Part shown: positions 9,269 through 18,569 of the stretch, in pieces | Numbering within the stretch: the stretch's first letter is position 1 | Layout: every line of letters begins with the position of its first letter | Assembly: GCA_028873745.1 (NCBI GenBank) | Contig: JAPPNT010000168.1 | Location: 1 to 32,261 of the forward strand | DNA from: Chloroflexota bacterium | GTDB taxonomy: Bacteria > Chloroflexota > Dehalococcoidia > Lucifugimonadales > UBA1127 | Direction: 5' to 3' | DNA length: 32,261 nt | Notes under the pieces: generated by a model | The model's database searches: none | Seen by the model: the letters and a program-made list of their open reading frames with translations, nothing else | What the model was told of the DNA's origin: nothing | Position numbers and translations under genes: made by a program

Positions 9269-11596
9269 ATGGCAACCAACGGCAGCGGCAACGGGAACTA
9301 CTCCAACGGCTACAGCGTTGTGGGGACCCGACCCATCCGCCACGACGGCGTCGACAAGGTCACGGGCAACGCGCGGTTCAGCGCGGACGTGAACCTGCCG
9401 GGCATGCTGTACGGCAAGGTGCTGCGCAGCCCGCACAGCCATGCCGTCATCAGGTCCATCGACACGAGCCGCGCCGAGGCGTACCCCGGTGTCCGCGCCG
9501 TGATGACTGCCAATGACCTGCCGCAGCTCTCCGGCCTCGTCGAGGACCTGGTGGAGGGTTCGCTGCACAACTTCCGCTTCCTGAGCAACAACGTGATGGC
9601 GCTGGACAAGGCGCTGTACAAGGGCCACGCCATCGCAGCCGTGGCGGCCACGAGCGCCGCGGCCGCCGAACAGGCACTCGATCTCATTGACGTAGACTAC
9701 GGGGTCTTGCCGGCAGTGACCGACGCGCGGGAGGCCCTGAAGCCCGGCGCGCCCATCCTGCACCCACGGCTGATGACGATGGAAACGGCGTACGTTCGGG
9801 CCGGCGGTTATCGCGCAGAGGGCGAGGACGGACAGGAGACGAACCTCGCCAACCGGTTCGAGTTCAGCATGGGCGACCTGGAGCAGGGCTTCGCGGAGGC
9901 GGATGCGATCGTCGAGCGCGAGGTGCACACGTCGCCGGTCCACCAGGGCTATATCGAGCCGCACGCGGCCACCGCGCACTGGGGGCCGGACGGCAAGCTG
10001 ACCATCTGGTCCAGCAGCCAGGGGCAGTTCATGGTGCGCGAGCAGACCTCTCGGCTGCTGAACATCCCGATTTCCACCGTCAAGGCGATCCCGATGGAGA
10101 TTGGGGGCGGGTTCGGCGGCAAGCTGCTGGTTTACCTGGAGCCTGTGGCCGCCATCCTGTCGCGGAAGGCGGGACACCCCGTCAAGCTGCAGATGAACCG
10201 CACCGAGGTGCTGGAGGCGACGGGCCCTACGGCAGGGGCGCACATCCGCGTGAAGATGGGCGCGACCCGCGACGGCAAGATCACTGCCGCCGAGGGCCAC
10301 CTTGTGTACGAGGCGGGCGCATTCCCGGGTTCGCCGGTGTCAGGTGGGTGCCAGTGCATGTTCTCGCCTTACGTCATCCCGAACGGCTACATCGAGGGGA
10401 TCGACGTGGTGGTAAACCGGCCCAAGAGCGCCGCGTACCGGGCGCCCGGCGTGCCGGCGGCGGCATTTGCAGTCGAGACTGTGGTGGACGAGCTCTGCGA
10501 GAAGATCGGCATGGACCCGCTGCAGTTCCGGCTCATCAACGCGGCACGCGAAGGCGAGCGGCGGCTGACCGGCCCCGCATTCGGCAGCGTGGGCATGGCG
10601 GAGACGGTCGAGGCTGTGCAGGCGCACGACCACTATCGCTCGACACTGGACGGCAAGTGGCGCGGGCGCGGCGTGGCCGCGGGCTTCTGGGGCAACGGCA
10701 CGGGGCCGTCGACGGCCATCGCCGCCGTCAATCCTGACGGCACAGTGAGCCTCGTCGAGGGCTCGCCGGACATCGGAGGAACGCGGGCATCGGCAGCGAT
10801 GCACCTGGCCGAGCAGCTCGGCATCCCCGCAGAGGACGTGAAGCCGACGGTGGCCGACACGGACTCCATCGGCTACACATCGAACACGGGCGGCAGCTCC
10901 GTCACCTTCAAGACGGGCTGGGCGTGCTACACGGCCGCCGAGGACATCAAGCAACAGATGATTGCACGCGCCGCCAAGATGTGGGACGTCAGCGAGGACG
11001 ACGTGGTGTACGAGGGCGGCATCGTCAAGCACCGCTCGGACAGCGCACTGACGAGGTCGTTCAAGGAGATGGCGGCGCAGCTCAATGCGACGGGCGGCCC
11101 CATCACGGGCAAGGCGTCCGTTAACCCGCGAGGGCAGGGCGCGACCTTTGCCGTGCACGTGGTCGACGTCGAGGTCGACCCGGAGACAGGGAAGGTCGAG
11201 GTGCTGCGGTACACAGCGGCGCAGGACGTGGGGCAGCCTATCCACCCCAGCTACGTCGAGGGACAGATCCAGGGCGGCGTCGTGCAGGGCATCGGCTGGG
11301 CGCTGAACGAGGAGTACTACCTGGACGCCGAGGGCAGAATGGTCAACTCCAGCTTCCTGGACTACCGGATGCCCATCGCGCTGGACGTGCCGCTGGTAGA
11401 GACGTTGCTGGTGACCGTTCCGAGTCCGGGCCATCCGTACGGAGCGCGCGGTGTCGGCGAGGTGCCCATCGTGCCGCCGCCGGCTGCCGTTGCGAACGCC
11501 ATTTACCACGCAACCGGTGTGCGGATGATGGACCTGCCGATGTCGCCAGTGAAGGTGCAGAAGGCCATTGCTGAGAGCGGGGCGGCGGTAGGCTAG
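9269..11596 (+). CDS. xanthine dehydrogenase / aldehyde oxidase family molybdopterin-binding large subunit
   Basis: About 775 aa. N-terminal a/b-hammerhead region (VGTRPIRHDGVDKVTGNARFSADV) and a C-terminal MoCo-binding region (GVGE.P). ATG at 9269 follows GGAGG. Confidence 0.85.
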   Translation: MATNGSGNGNYSNGYSVVGTRPIRHDGVDKVTGNARFSADVNLPGMLYGKVLRSPHSHAVIRSIDTSRAEAYPGVRAVMTANDLPQLSGLVEDLVEGSLHNFRFLSNNVMALDKALYKGHAIAAVAATSAAAAEQALDLIDVDYGVLPAVTDAREALKPGAPILHPRLMTMETAYVRAGGYRAEGEDGQETNLANRFEFSMGDLEQGFAEADAIVEREVHTSPVHQGYIEPHAATAHWGPDGKLTIWSSSQGQFMVREQTSRLLNIPISTVKAIPMEIGGGFGGKLLVYLEPVAAILSRKAGHPVKLQMNRTEVLEATGPTAGAHIRVKMGATRDGKITAAEGHLVYEAGAFPGSPVSGGCQCMFSPYVIPNGYIEGIDVVVNRPKSAAYRAPGVPAAAFAVETVVDELCEKIGMDPLQFRLINAAREGERRLTGPAFGSVGMAETVEAVQAHDHYRSTLDGKWRGRGVAAGFWGNGTGPSTAIAAVNPDGTVSLVEGSPDIGGTRASAAMHLAEQLGIPAEDVKPTVADTDSIGYTSNTGGSSVTFKTGWACYTAAEDIKQQMIARAAKMWDVSEDDVVYEGGIVKHRSDSALTRSFKEMAAQLNATGGPITGKASVNPRGQGATFAVHVVDVEVDPETGKVEVLRYTAAQDVGQPIHPSYVEGQIQGGVVQGIGWALNEEYYLDAEGRMVNSSFLDYRMPIALDVPLVETLLVTVPSPGHPYGARGVGEVPIVPPPAAVANAIYHATGVRMMDLPMSPVKVQKAIAESGAAVG

Positions 11597-12363
11597 AGCG
11601 CGAGGGACATCCCACCGTCTACGACGATCACCTGGCCCCGAATCATCGCGGCGGCGTCACTGCAGAGGAAGGCTACCGCTTTGGCGAGATCCTCGGCTGT
11701 GAGGAGCTCACCGCCGGGGGTCTTGGAACGGGCCGTGGCGAGCATTTCTTCGCGGTTGGGGAAATGCTCCAAGGCGTCGGTCTGCACGTAACCGCCGGAG
11801 ACTGCGTTCACCGAGATGCCCAGCGGCGCAAGCTCAACGGCCATGTAGCGCGTCAGGGCCTCAAGGGCCGCCTTCGACACGCCCACGGACGTGTAGTTGG
11901 GGAAGACGCGGCCGGCGCCCAGGCTGCTGATGTTCACCACGCGGCCGCCCTCCTTCATCAGGGGGACGGCTTCTTTTGTGCAGAGCCATGGCGCCTTGGA
12001 GTTGATGTTCAGCGTCCAGTCCCAATGCTTCTCCTCGAGCTCCAGGCCCGGCCGGTTCACGCCCGACGCAGCGTTGTTCACGAGGATGTCGAGGCGGCCG
12101 AAGCGGTCGCGGACGCCGTCGAAGAGTTTGCGGACCTGCTCGGGCTCGGCGAGGTGGGCAGCGACGCGGAGGCACTGTACGCCGAGAGCCTCGATCTCCT
12201 GCTGCGCTGCGCGGGCCTCGGCGTGGTTGCGGAAGTAGTTGACGACGATGTCCGCGCCGAGAGTGGCGAGCTCTCGGGCGATGGCGCGCCCGATGCCGCG
12301 CGACGCGCCTGTGACGAGCGCGACGCGGCCCGCAAAGGGCTTGCCGCCGTCGGTGGTGGTCAT
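11593..12363 (-). CDS. fabL: SDR-family enoyl-ACP reductase, FabL-like
   Basis: From memory, close full-length resemblance to B. subtilis FabL (VTGASRGIG, VNY.R, NNAASGV.RP..ELEE.HWDWT.NIN.KA, Y..VGVSKAALEALTRY.AVEL, VNAVSGG...TDAL.HFPNRE, MIRGQ.I.VDGG.SL). ATG at 12363. The 387-aa ORF extension overlaps fabG and is an artefact. Confidence 0.7.
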   Translation of the reverse strand: MTTTDGGKPFAGRVALVTGASRGIGRAIARELATLGADIVVNYFRNHAEARAAQQEIEALGVQCLRVAAHLAEPEQVRKLFDGVRDRFGRLDILVNNAASGVNRPGLELEEKHWDWTLNINSKAPWLCTKEAVPLMKEGGRVVNISSLGAGRVFPNYTSVGVSKAALEALTRYMAVELAPLGISVNAVSGGYVQTDALEHFPNREEMLATARSKTPGGELLTAEDLAKAVAFLCSDAAAMIRGQVIVVDGGMSLAL

Positions 12364-12368
12364 AGCGA

Positions 12369-13115
12369 CTAGGAGATCACCAGACCGCCATCCACCGCGA
12401 TGGCCTGGCCGGTGATGTAGCTGGCGGCGTCTGAGGCGAGGAAGCCGACAATGCCGGAGATCTCTTCCGGCTGGCCGAAGCGCCCGACGGGCACCCGGTC
12501 CATGATGTACTTCTTGAGCTCCTGCGGGAGGTCCTCGACGATATCGGTCTCGACGTAGCCGGGGGCGACACAGTTGACGGTGACGTTGCGGGACGCGACT
12601 TCCTTCGCGACGCTCTGGGTGAAGCCGACGAGGCCCGCCTTCGCGGCCGCGTAGTTCGCCTGTCCCTGGTTGCCACGCAGGCCGACCACGGAGCCGATGT
12701 TGATGACCCTGCCCCAGCGTCCCCGCACCATCATGCGGATTGCCGCCCGGGTGCAAAGGAAGACACTCCGCAGGTCCAGATCGACGACGCTGTCCCAGTC
12801 CTCGTCGCTCATGCGCATGAGGAGGGAGTCCTTGATGATGCCGGCGTTGTTCACGAGGATTTCAACAGAGCCAAAGGCTTCGGCGGCCTGCGCGAACAGT
12901 CGCTCGACGTCCTCGCCCCTGGTGACGTCGGCCTGCAGCGCGACGGCCTGCGAACCGGCCTCCTCGACGCGCTTGACCACCTCGGCAGCGGCGTCGGCGT
13001 TGCTGACGTAGTTCACGACGATGCGCATGCCCTGGGATGCAAGCTGCAGCGCAATCGCCCTGCCAATCCCTCTGGACCCTCCGGTAATCAGGGCCACCCG
13101 GCCGTCTGATGCCAA
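12369..13115 (-). CDS. fabG: 3-oxoacyl-ACP reductase
   Basis: Classical SDR: TGGSRGIG, NNAG, YAAAKAG. 248 aa, directly downstream of plsX. Confidence 0.85.
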   Translation of the reverse strand: MASDGRVALITGGSRGIGRAIALQLASQGMRIVVNYVSNADAAAEVVKRVEEAGSQAVALQADVTRGEDVERLFAQAAEAFGSVEILVNNAGIIKDSLLMRMSDEDWDSVVDLDLRSVFLCTRAAIRMMVRGRWGRVINIGSVVGLRGNQGQANYAAAKAGLVGFTQSVAKEVASRNVTVNCVAPGYVETDIVEDLPQELKKYIMDRVPVGRFGQPEEISGIVGFLASDAASYITGQAIAVDGGLVIS

Positions 13116-13134
13116 GTCAGTTCTCCAGTCTCTT

Positions 13135-14163
13135 CTAGCTTGCGGTGCGCGCCCGCAGCGCGTTCAGCTCATCTTCCAGCTTGCCGATCAGGCCGGTGTC
13201 ACATAGGCGGGCCGCGGTGCTCACCGCGCGGGCTATGCCGGCGGCGCTGGAACGCCCGTGCCCGACGACGACGTTGCCCTTGATGCCGAAGAGCGGCCCG
13301 CCGCCGTTGTACTCGGTGCGGTTGAGCAGGTCGTAGAGGTCACGGCCGATGGCAGCGGCGTCCTCGCCGGATACGTGGCCGGAGAGGCGCTCCGTAACGT
13401 ACTTCGACAGGCCGTCGCCGAGGCCCTCGATTGTCTTGAGCAGGATGTTGCCGACGAAGCCGTCGCAAACGACGACGTCGGCCTTGCCAGCGCCAAGGTC
13501 GTGGCCCTCGACGTTGCCGACGAAGTTGAGGCCGCTGGCCTGGAAGAGCGGGAAGGCTTCACGGGTCTGCCTGTTGCCCTTGCTCTCCTCCTCGCCCACG
13601 CTGAGGATGCCCACGCGCGGTTCAGCGACCTCCAGGTACGTGCGGCTGAAGGCGACGCCCAACGCGGCAAAGTCGACGAGCTGAGACGGCCGGCAGTCGA
13701 TGCTGCTGCCGAGCTCCATGAGGACGGTGTTGGGCGCGTAGCCGATGATGGGGCCGCCGAGGGCCGGACGCTCAAGGCCCTCCATCATGCCGAGGAGCAG
13801 GGCACTGGCGGCCATCGTCGCGCCGGTGGAACCCATCGTGACAAAGGCATCCGCAATGCCTTCCTTCACCATACCTACGCCAACGAGGGCGGATGCCTTC
13901 GGCTTGGCTCGCAGGGCCTGCATAGGGGACTCGCTGTCGAGGATGACGCCTTCCGAGGGGATGAGTTTGATGGGAAGCCCCTGCCCGGCCTGACGCTCAA
14001 GCTCGGGCTGGACGGCCTCGGGGTCGCCGACGAGGAGCACGGCAACACGGCCGCGGGCCTCCGTGACGGCGGCGACAGCGCCGGCAACAGTTTCAGGCGG
14101 ACCGTAATCACCGCCCATAGCGTCCAGCGCAATACGCAGGGGTTGTGCGGGTGAGTTCGTCAT
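13135..14163 (-). CDS. plsX: phosphate acyltransferase PlsX
   Basis: IALDAMGGDYGP N-terminus and VVCDGFVGNILLK motif. ATG at 14163. Confidence 0.9.
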   Translation of the reverse strand: MTNSPAQPLRIALDAMGGDYGPPETVAGAVAAVTEARGRVAVLLVGDPEAVQPELERQAGQGLPIKLIPSEGVILDSESPMQALRAKPKASALVGVGMVKEGIADAFVTMGSTGATMAASALLLGMMEGLERPALGGPIIGYAPNTVLMELGSSIDCRPSQLVDFAALGVAFSRTYLEVAEPRVGILSVGEEESKGNRQTREAFPLFQASGLNFVGNVEGHDLGAGKADVVVCDGFVGNILLKTIEGLGDGLSKYVTERLSGHVSGEDAAAIGRDLYDLLNRTEYNGGGPLFGIKGNVVVGHGRSSAAGIARAVSTAARLCDTGLIGKLEDELNALRARTAS

Positions 14164-14209
14164 CGGCTCCTCGCGCAGCAGGCGGCCCTGCCAAGTCAAT
14201 GATGGGCGG

Positions 14210-14239
14210 ATTATACGAAGCCTCGGTCAGGAATGGCAA
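14210..14239 (-). promoter_or_regulatory. sigma70-like promoter for plsX-fabG-fabL
   Basis: On the minus strand: TTGCCA (14239-14234), 18-nt spacer, consensus TATAAT (14215-14210), about 45 nt upstream of the plsX start. Confidence 0.45.
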
Positions 14240-14268
14240 GAAGAGGCGAGAACAGCGGCCGCCGCAGT

Positions 14269-15552
14269 CTATGCGGAGGCGCGGTCGAGGGCTTGCTGGG
14301 TGGTGATGCCGACGATGCGGACCTGGTGGAGGAGCAGCACGGAGACCGCAACAACCGCAACCACGCCACCGCCAAGGGCGACGGCGAACTGCGGGCTCAC
14401 CCAGTCGGCGACGAGGCCCGCCTGGAGGCCACCGAGGGGCAGGAGGCTCCAGGTGAGGCTGTAGATGCTGAACACGCGGCCTCGCAGGTGGTCGGGAACG
14501 AGGGCCTGCAGTGAGGTCTGCACCATGACCATGTAGAACGTCGACGCCGCGCCTCCGACAAAGAGCGCGGCCAGCGAAAGCGGGTAGCTGGTCGAAACGG
14601 CGAAGACGACGACCGTCGCGCCGAAGGCCACCGCGCCGCTCACGAGCCAGAGGCCCTTGTTGCGGGACTTGCTCATCGCGGCGGCCACCAGCGCCATCAC
14701 GATCGCTCCAACGCCCGCGACGGCGTGCATCTGGCCGAGGCCCTCCGGCCCAACCTCCAGTATGTCCGTCGCAAAGATGGGCATGAGGATGATGAAGGAC
14801 ATGCCAAAGAAGCTGTTGAGGAAGGTCAGGCCGATGAGCACGGCGAATATCTGGTTCCTGACCACGTAGCCGATGCCCTCGATGAGGTTCTGGACCATGC
14901 TGCCGTGTGCTGCGCGGGGGATGGGCGGCACGCGGATCATCGACATTGCCACGACCATGAACGCGAAGCCGATGGATGCTAGGAAAAGGGCGGGGGCGGA
15001 GCCGACGCTCGCGATGAGGGCCCCCGCGATGAGCGGGCCGACGACGCGCGTGCCCTGCCAGACGATGGAGTTCAGGGCGACGGCGTTCATCAGGTCCTTT
15101 CGCGCGATGAGGTGCGGGTAGAGGGCCTGCCGTGCGGGGTTGTCGAACGCCTGCGCGCCGGCGATGAGGAAGGACAGCAGGAGGATGTTCCAATATGCAG
15201 CCACGTCGAGGGCAACGAGCAGGCCCATGACTGCGAGCAGCACACCGATGGTTGTGGACACCAGAAGGATGAGGAGCCGCTGGTCGAACCGGTCGGCGAT
15301 GACGCCGCCGTAGAGGTTGAGGAGGATGGTGGGGGTCGCCGTGACGAGGCCGAGAAAGGCGAGGCCCTTCGGATCGCCGGTGATGTCCCAGATCAGCCAT
15401 CCCTGGATGACAAGGAGCATCTGAAAGCCGGTGATGGAGAAGAGGAGGCCGGTGAAGTAGAGGCGGTAGTTGCGGTGGTGCAGGGCGGCGGTGAGGGTTG
15501 TGAGACGCTCTTTGAGTGTGGGCTTTCGTTCGGTCGTGGTCTGGGCTTCCAT
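14269..15552 (-). CDS. MFS transporter
   Basis: 427 aa and about 12 TM segments. The overlapping 520-aa ORF 14108-15670 is Arg/Pro-rich and judged spurious. Confidence 0.8.
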   Translation of the reverse strand: MEAQTTTERKPTLKERLTTLTAALHHRNYRLYFTGLLFSITGFQMLLVIQGWLIWDITGDPKGLAFLGLVTATPTILLNLYGGVIADRFDQRLLILLVSTTIGVLLAVMGLLVALDVAAYWNILLLSFLIAGAQAFDNPARQALYPHLIARKDLMNAVALNSIVWQGTRVVGPLIAGALIASVGSAPALFLASIGFAFMVVAMSMIRVPPIPRAAHGSMVQNLIEGIGYVVRNQIFAVLIGLTFLNSFFGMSFIILMPIFATDILEVGPEGLGQMHAVAGVGAIVMALVAAAMSKSRNKGLWLVSGAVAFGATVVVFAVSTSYPLSLAALFVGGAASTFYMVMVQTSLQALVPDHLRGRVFSIYSLTWSLLPLGGLQAGLVADWVSPQFAVALGGGVVAVVAVSVLLLHQVRIVGITTQQALDRASA

Positions 15553-15593
15553 CCGTGCTGCTTCGCGACAACGCCCAGTCGGTATAGGGCCGT

Positions 15594-16265
15594 CTAGGTT
15601 GCCGGTTCCGGCCCTGGCTGGGCGTTCCTCCCGTATACGCCATGATAGCGTTCAGGCAGGCAGGCCGCAATGCGGACCATAACGCTGTCCATGAGCTCCT
15701 TGAGCTGCTCCGGCTCCATCCTGCCCTTCACGTCCGGAAGCGTGAACGGCTCGCCGATGGTGACGGAGATGTTGCCCGTCGGGACGGCGACGCGCCAGAT
15801 GGGGCCGACGCTCTCCGACCCCGCGATGCCGACCGGCAGGATGGGCGTCTGCGTCTTGACGGCCATCAGGGCGACGCCCGGCACGCCCTCCTGCAGTCCG
15901 AGGTCCGGGTTGCGGTGGGACTCCGGGAAGACGACGACGGCACGGTCCTCACGCAGCAGCTTGCGCATCCAGAGGAGGGCCTCGATGTCCTTGCCCTGCT
16001 CCTCCGGGTTGAGGGCATAGGCGCCATACGTGCGCAGGAACCAGCCGATGACGGGCTTGAAGAGCCCTCGCTTGGCGATGAAGTTGAGGCGGCGGGGGAG
16101 GCTCGCGCCGAGGAGCGGTGGGTCGAGGTTGCTCAGGTGGTTGGCGGCGACGAGCAGCGGGCCGGACATCGGCACGTTCTCGGTGCCGGTGACCGTCCAG
16201 TTGGCGAAGAGGCGCAGGGCCCCTCGCATCATCGTGTTGGAGACGGCGTACGTCTTGTCAGGCAT
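15594..16265 (-). CDS. plsC: 1-acyl-sn-glycerol-3-phosphate acyltransferase
   Basis: Acyltransferase motifs NHLSNLDP (HX4D) and FPESHR. Start set at ATG 16265 (MPDKTY...), overlapping the cmk stop by 8 nt. The alternative start is 16292. Confidence 0.8.
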   Translation of the reverse strand: MPDKTYAVSNTMMRGALRLFANWTVTGTENVPMSGPLLVAANHLSNLDPPLLGASLPRRLNFIAKRGLFKPVIGWFLRTYGAYALNPEEQGKDIEALLWMRKLLREDRAVVVFPESHRNPDLGLQEGVPGVALMAVKTQTPILPVGIAGSESVGPIWRVAVPTGNISVTIGEPFTLPDVKGRMEPEQLKELMDSVMVRIAACLPERYHGVYGRNAQPGPEPAT

Positions 16266-16935
16266 TCCCGCTACGCTCCGCAGCCAACTCAATCACCCTC
16301 TCAACGACCTGGTCTATTGTAAGGCTGTCCGTGTCAATGACCACAGCGTCCTCCGCCGGGCGCAGTGGGGACGCCGCCCGGTGGGAGTCAATGTAGTCGC
16401 GATCCTTGAGCGCGGCCTCGACGGCCTCCAAAGAGGTCTCCTTGTCCGTTCCCGCGCGCTCCGCGTGGCGGCGCTTGGCGCGCTCCTCCACGCTTGCCAG
16501 GAGATACGCCTTCACGTCCGCGTCCGCGAGCACGACGGTGCCGATGTCGCGGCCGACCATGACGATGGGGCCATCGGCGGCGACGGCCTGCTGCTTCGCA
16601 ACAAGGACGCGGCGCACACCGGCCATGGCTGCGACGCGGGACACGACGCCCTCAACCTCAGGGTCGCGCAGGCGGTCGGTGATGTCCTCGCCGTCGAGCA
16701 GGACGCGGGTACCCTCGGGGCTGTCGCCGAGGGAAAGATCGGAGTCGGAGGCGCACGTCGTCAGCGCGTCGTCTTCGATGGGAACGCCGTTGCGGAGGGC
16801 GGAGAGGGAGACGGCACGGTACATAACACCGCTGTCCAGGAACCGGAATCCCAACGCGTCCGCGACGCGCCGTCCGACAACGGTCTTGCCTGAGGCCACG
16901 GGCCCGTCGATGGCGATGGTGGCGACCTTCGGCAC
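16258..16935 (-). CDS. cmk: cytidylate kinase
   Basis: IAIDGPVASGKTV P-loop and cytidylate-kinase-like body. GTG at 16935 preceded by GGAAGAGG. The longer ORF start at 17052 is unlikely. Confidence 0.85.
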   Translation of the reverse strand: MPKVATIAIDGPVASGKTVVGRRVADALGFRFLDSGVMYRAVSLSALRNGVPIEDDALTTCASDSDLSLGDSPEGTRVLLDGEDITDRLRDPEVEGVVSRVAAMAGVRRVLVAKQQAVAADGPIVMVGRDIGTVVLADADVKAYLLASVEERAKRRHAERAGTDKETSLEAVEAALKDRDYIDSHRAASPLRPAEDAVVIDTDSLTIDQVVERVIELAAERSGNA

Positions 16936-16976
16936 CGTACCTCTTCCGTGTGAGGGTGGGGACTGCCAGGACGCCG

Positions 16977-17279
16977 TTAACCTTCGGCGTCCTCCAACTG
17001 GGCCTTGACCTCGTTGTAATCGAGGGTGATGAGTCGAATGAAGACATTCCACGTCGCGACGGCGCTGACGCCGACGATGAAAGCGAACCAGACGGTGAGG
17101 CTCCAGCGGAGCTCGTCGCGGCCGATGTTGGCGTCGATGACGGCGGGGATGGCGCCAAAAGCGACCAGAATAGCAAGGTTAACTACGGTGAATCGAATCG
17201 GGCATCCAGGGCTGTCATGCAGCCAGCGGTGTAGCCTGTAGCGCCAGCTCACGGATCCTCCTTGCGGCTGTCTCGCCAT
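16977..17279 (-). CDS. hypothetical small membrane protein (two predicted TM helices)
   Basis: 100 aa from ATG 17279, with two hydrophobic stretches (VVNLAILVAFGAIPAVI and LTVWFAFIVGVSAVATW). No recognisable family and a weak SD. Confidence 0.4.
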   Translation of the reverse strand: MARQPQGGSVSWRYRLHRWLHDSPGCPIRFTVVNLAILVAFGAIPAVIDANIGRDELRWSLTVWFAFIVGVSAVATWNVFIRLITLDYNEVKAQLEDAEG

Positions 17280-17364
17280 GTACGGCTTGATTCCAAGGGA
17301 ACAGGATAGCGGACAGGGCGCGCACGGGCAAGGGCGATGTGTCACCAAGACGTACCATGCCGCA

Positions 17365-17394
17365 TTGACACTCCCTTTTGCCGCTCCTTACGAT
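17365..17394 (+). promoter_or_regulatory. candidate promoter for the gcv operon
   Basis: TTGACA (17365-17370), 18-nt spacer, TACGAT (17389-17394), about 28 nt upstream of the gcvT TTG start. Confidence 0.35.
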
Positions 17395-17421
17395 AAATGT
17401 ACCCATACATTGGAGTAAGCC

Positions 17422-18558
17422 TTGACCTCCGACGCTCCGCTTCTACGTACCGCCCTATATGAGAACCACGTTGCCGCCGGCGCTCGCATGGTGCCCTTTG
17501 CGGGGTGGGACATGCCCGTGCAGTACCAGGGCGTCATCGCAGAGGTGAAGGCGGTGCGGGGCGACGCGGGGATCTTCGACGTCTCGCACATGGGGAGGCT
17601 GAGCATCCACGGCGCGGGCGCGGCGTCCTTCATGGACAGCCTGGTCACGTTCAGCGTGATGACGCTGGCGACGGGGCGGGCGCGCTATGGCTTCATGCTG
17701 TCCGACAACGGCGGCATCCTTGACGACGTGATCCTGTACCACACGCAGTTCGAGGACGGGAGCGACATGCTGCGGCTGGTCTGCAACGCAGGCAACCGCG
17801 ACGCGGTGAAGGCGTGGATGGCGCAGCAATCGCAGGCGTTCCGCGGCGTCACCGTCATCGACCACACGGCGGACACCGTGCTGGTGGCGGTGCAGGGCCC
17901 GCGCGCGCTGGACATCGTCGACGGGCTCTGCCCGGACGAGCCGAAGCCCTCGGCGCTGCGGCCCTTTGGCGCGGCGCCCTTTCCGCTGACCGTCGGCGAC
18001 GGCGCGGTGGCGGAGGGCTTCATCGGCAGGACGGGCTACACGGGGGAGGACGGCGTCGAAATCGCGATGGAGGCCGCGTACGGGGGTCGACTGTGGGAGG
18101 CGCTCGCGGCGGCGGGGGCGACGCCGTGTGGGCTCGGCGCGCGGGACGTGCTGCGGCTGGAGGCCGGGCTGCGGCTTCACGGCTCCGACATGGACCTCAC
18201 GACGACGCCGCTGGAGGCCTCGCTGGAGCGCTTCGTCAACATGGACAAGGGCATCTTTCACGGGCGCGACGCGCTGGAACTGCAGGACGAGGACGGACTG
18301 CGGCGCAAGCTCGTTGGGTTCCGGATGCTCGGCGGGGGCGTGCCGCGTCACGGGTGCGATGTGCTGTACGAGGGCGAGACGATAGGCGAAATCACGAGCG
18401 GAACGTATTCGCCAATCCTTGACACTGGTATTGCCATGGGCTACGTTTCGGCCGAGCACACGGCCCCGGGCCAGCGCGTCCACATCGACCTTCGCGGGCG
18501 GCTTGTGGAGGCGGAAGTGGCCGAGCTTCCCTTCTACCGGCGCCCCAAATCCCAGTAA
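17422..18558 (+). CDS. gcvT: glycine cleavage system aminomethyltransferase (T protein)
   Basis: LYE.H...GA.MV.FAGW.MP.QY, DVSHMG and GYTGEDG.EI motifs. TTG start after GGAG. Confidence 0.9.
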   Translation: MTSDAPLLRTALYENHVAAGARMVPFAGWDMPVQYQGVIAEVKAVRGDAGIFDVSHMGRLSIHGAGAASFMDSLVTFSVMTLATGRARYGFMLSDNGGILDDVILYHTQFEDGSDMLRLVCNAGNRDAVKAWMAQQSQAFRGVTVIDHTADTVLVAVQGPRALDIVDGLCPDEPKPSALRPFGAAPFPLTVGDGAVAEGFIGRTGYTGEDGVEIAMEAAYGGRLWEALAAAGATPCGLGARDVLRLEAGLRLHGSDMDLTTTPLEASLERFVNMDKGIFHGRDALELQDEDGLRRKLVGFRMLGGGVPRHGCDVLYEGETIGEITSGTYSPILDTGIAMGYVSAEHTAPGQRVHIDLRGRLVEAEVAELPFYRRPKSQ

Positions 18559-18569
18559 CGGAGCACACC

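Noticed and set aside
11593-12756. 387-aa ORF implying a fabL gene that overlaps fabG by about 390 nt.
   Set aside because: The upstream 130 codons are low-complexity and overlap the well-supported fabG frame. The FabL-like sequence begins at ATG 12363, 6 nt after the fabG stop.
14108-15670. 520-aa minus-strand ORF overlapping the MFS gene. Similar long alternative-frame ORFs include 5088-6020, 8310-9170, 9239-10300, 10340-11509, 17455-18483, 18919-20040, 20282-21754, 21976-22881, 27777-28976 and 30022-31710.
   Set aside because: Their translations are dominated by Arg, Pro, Ala and Gly with no motifs. Each lies opposite or out of frame to a gene with clear family signatures. This is the usual high-GC open-frame artefact.
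17280-17421. Looked for a glycine riboswitch upstream of gcvT.
   Set aside because: Neither strand shows the conserved GGAGAG...CACCGAAGGGGCAA...CUCAGGCAAAAGGAC-type cores. Only a promoter-like TTGACA/TACGAT pair and a short leader are visible. An Rfam RF00504 scan would settle it.
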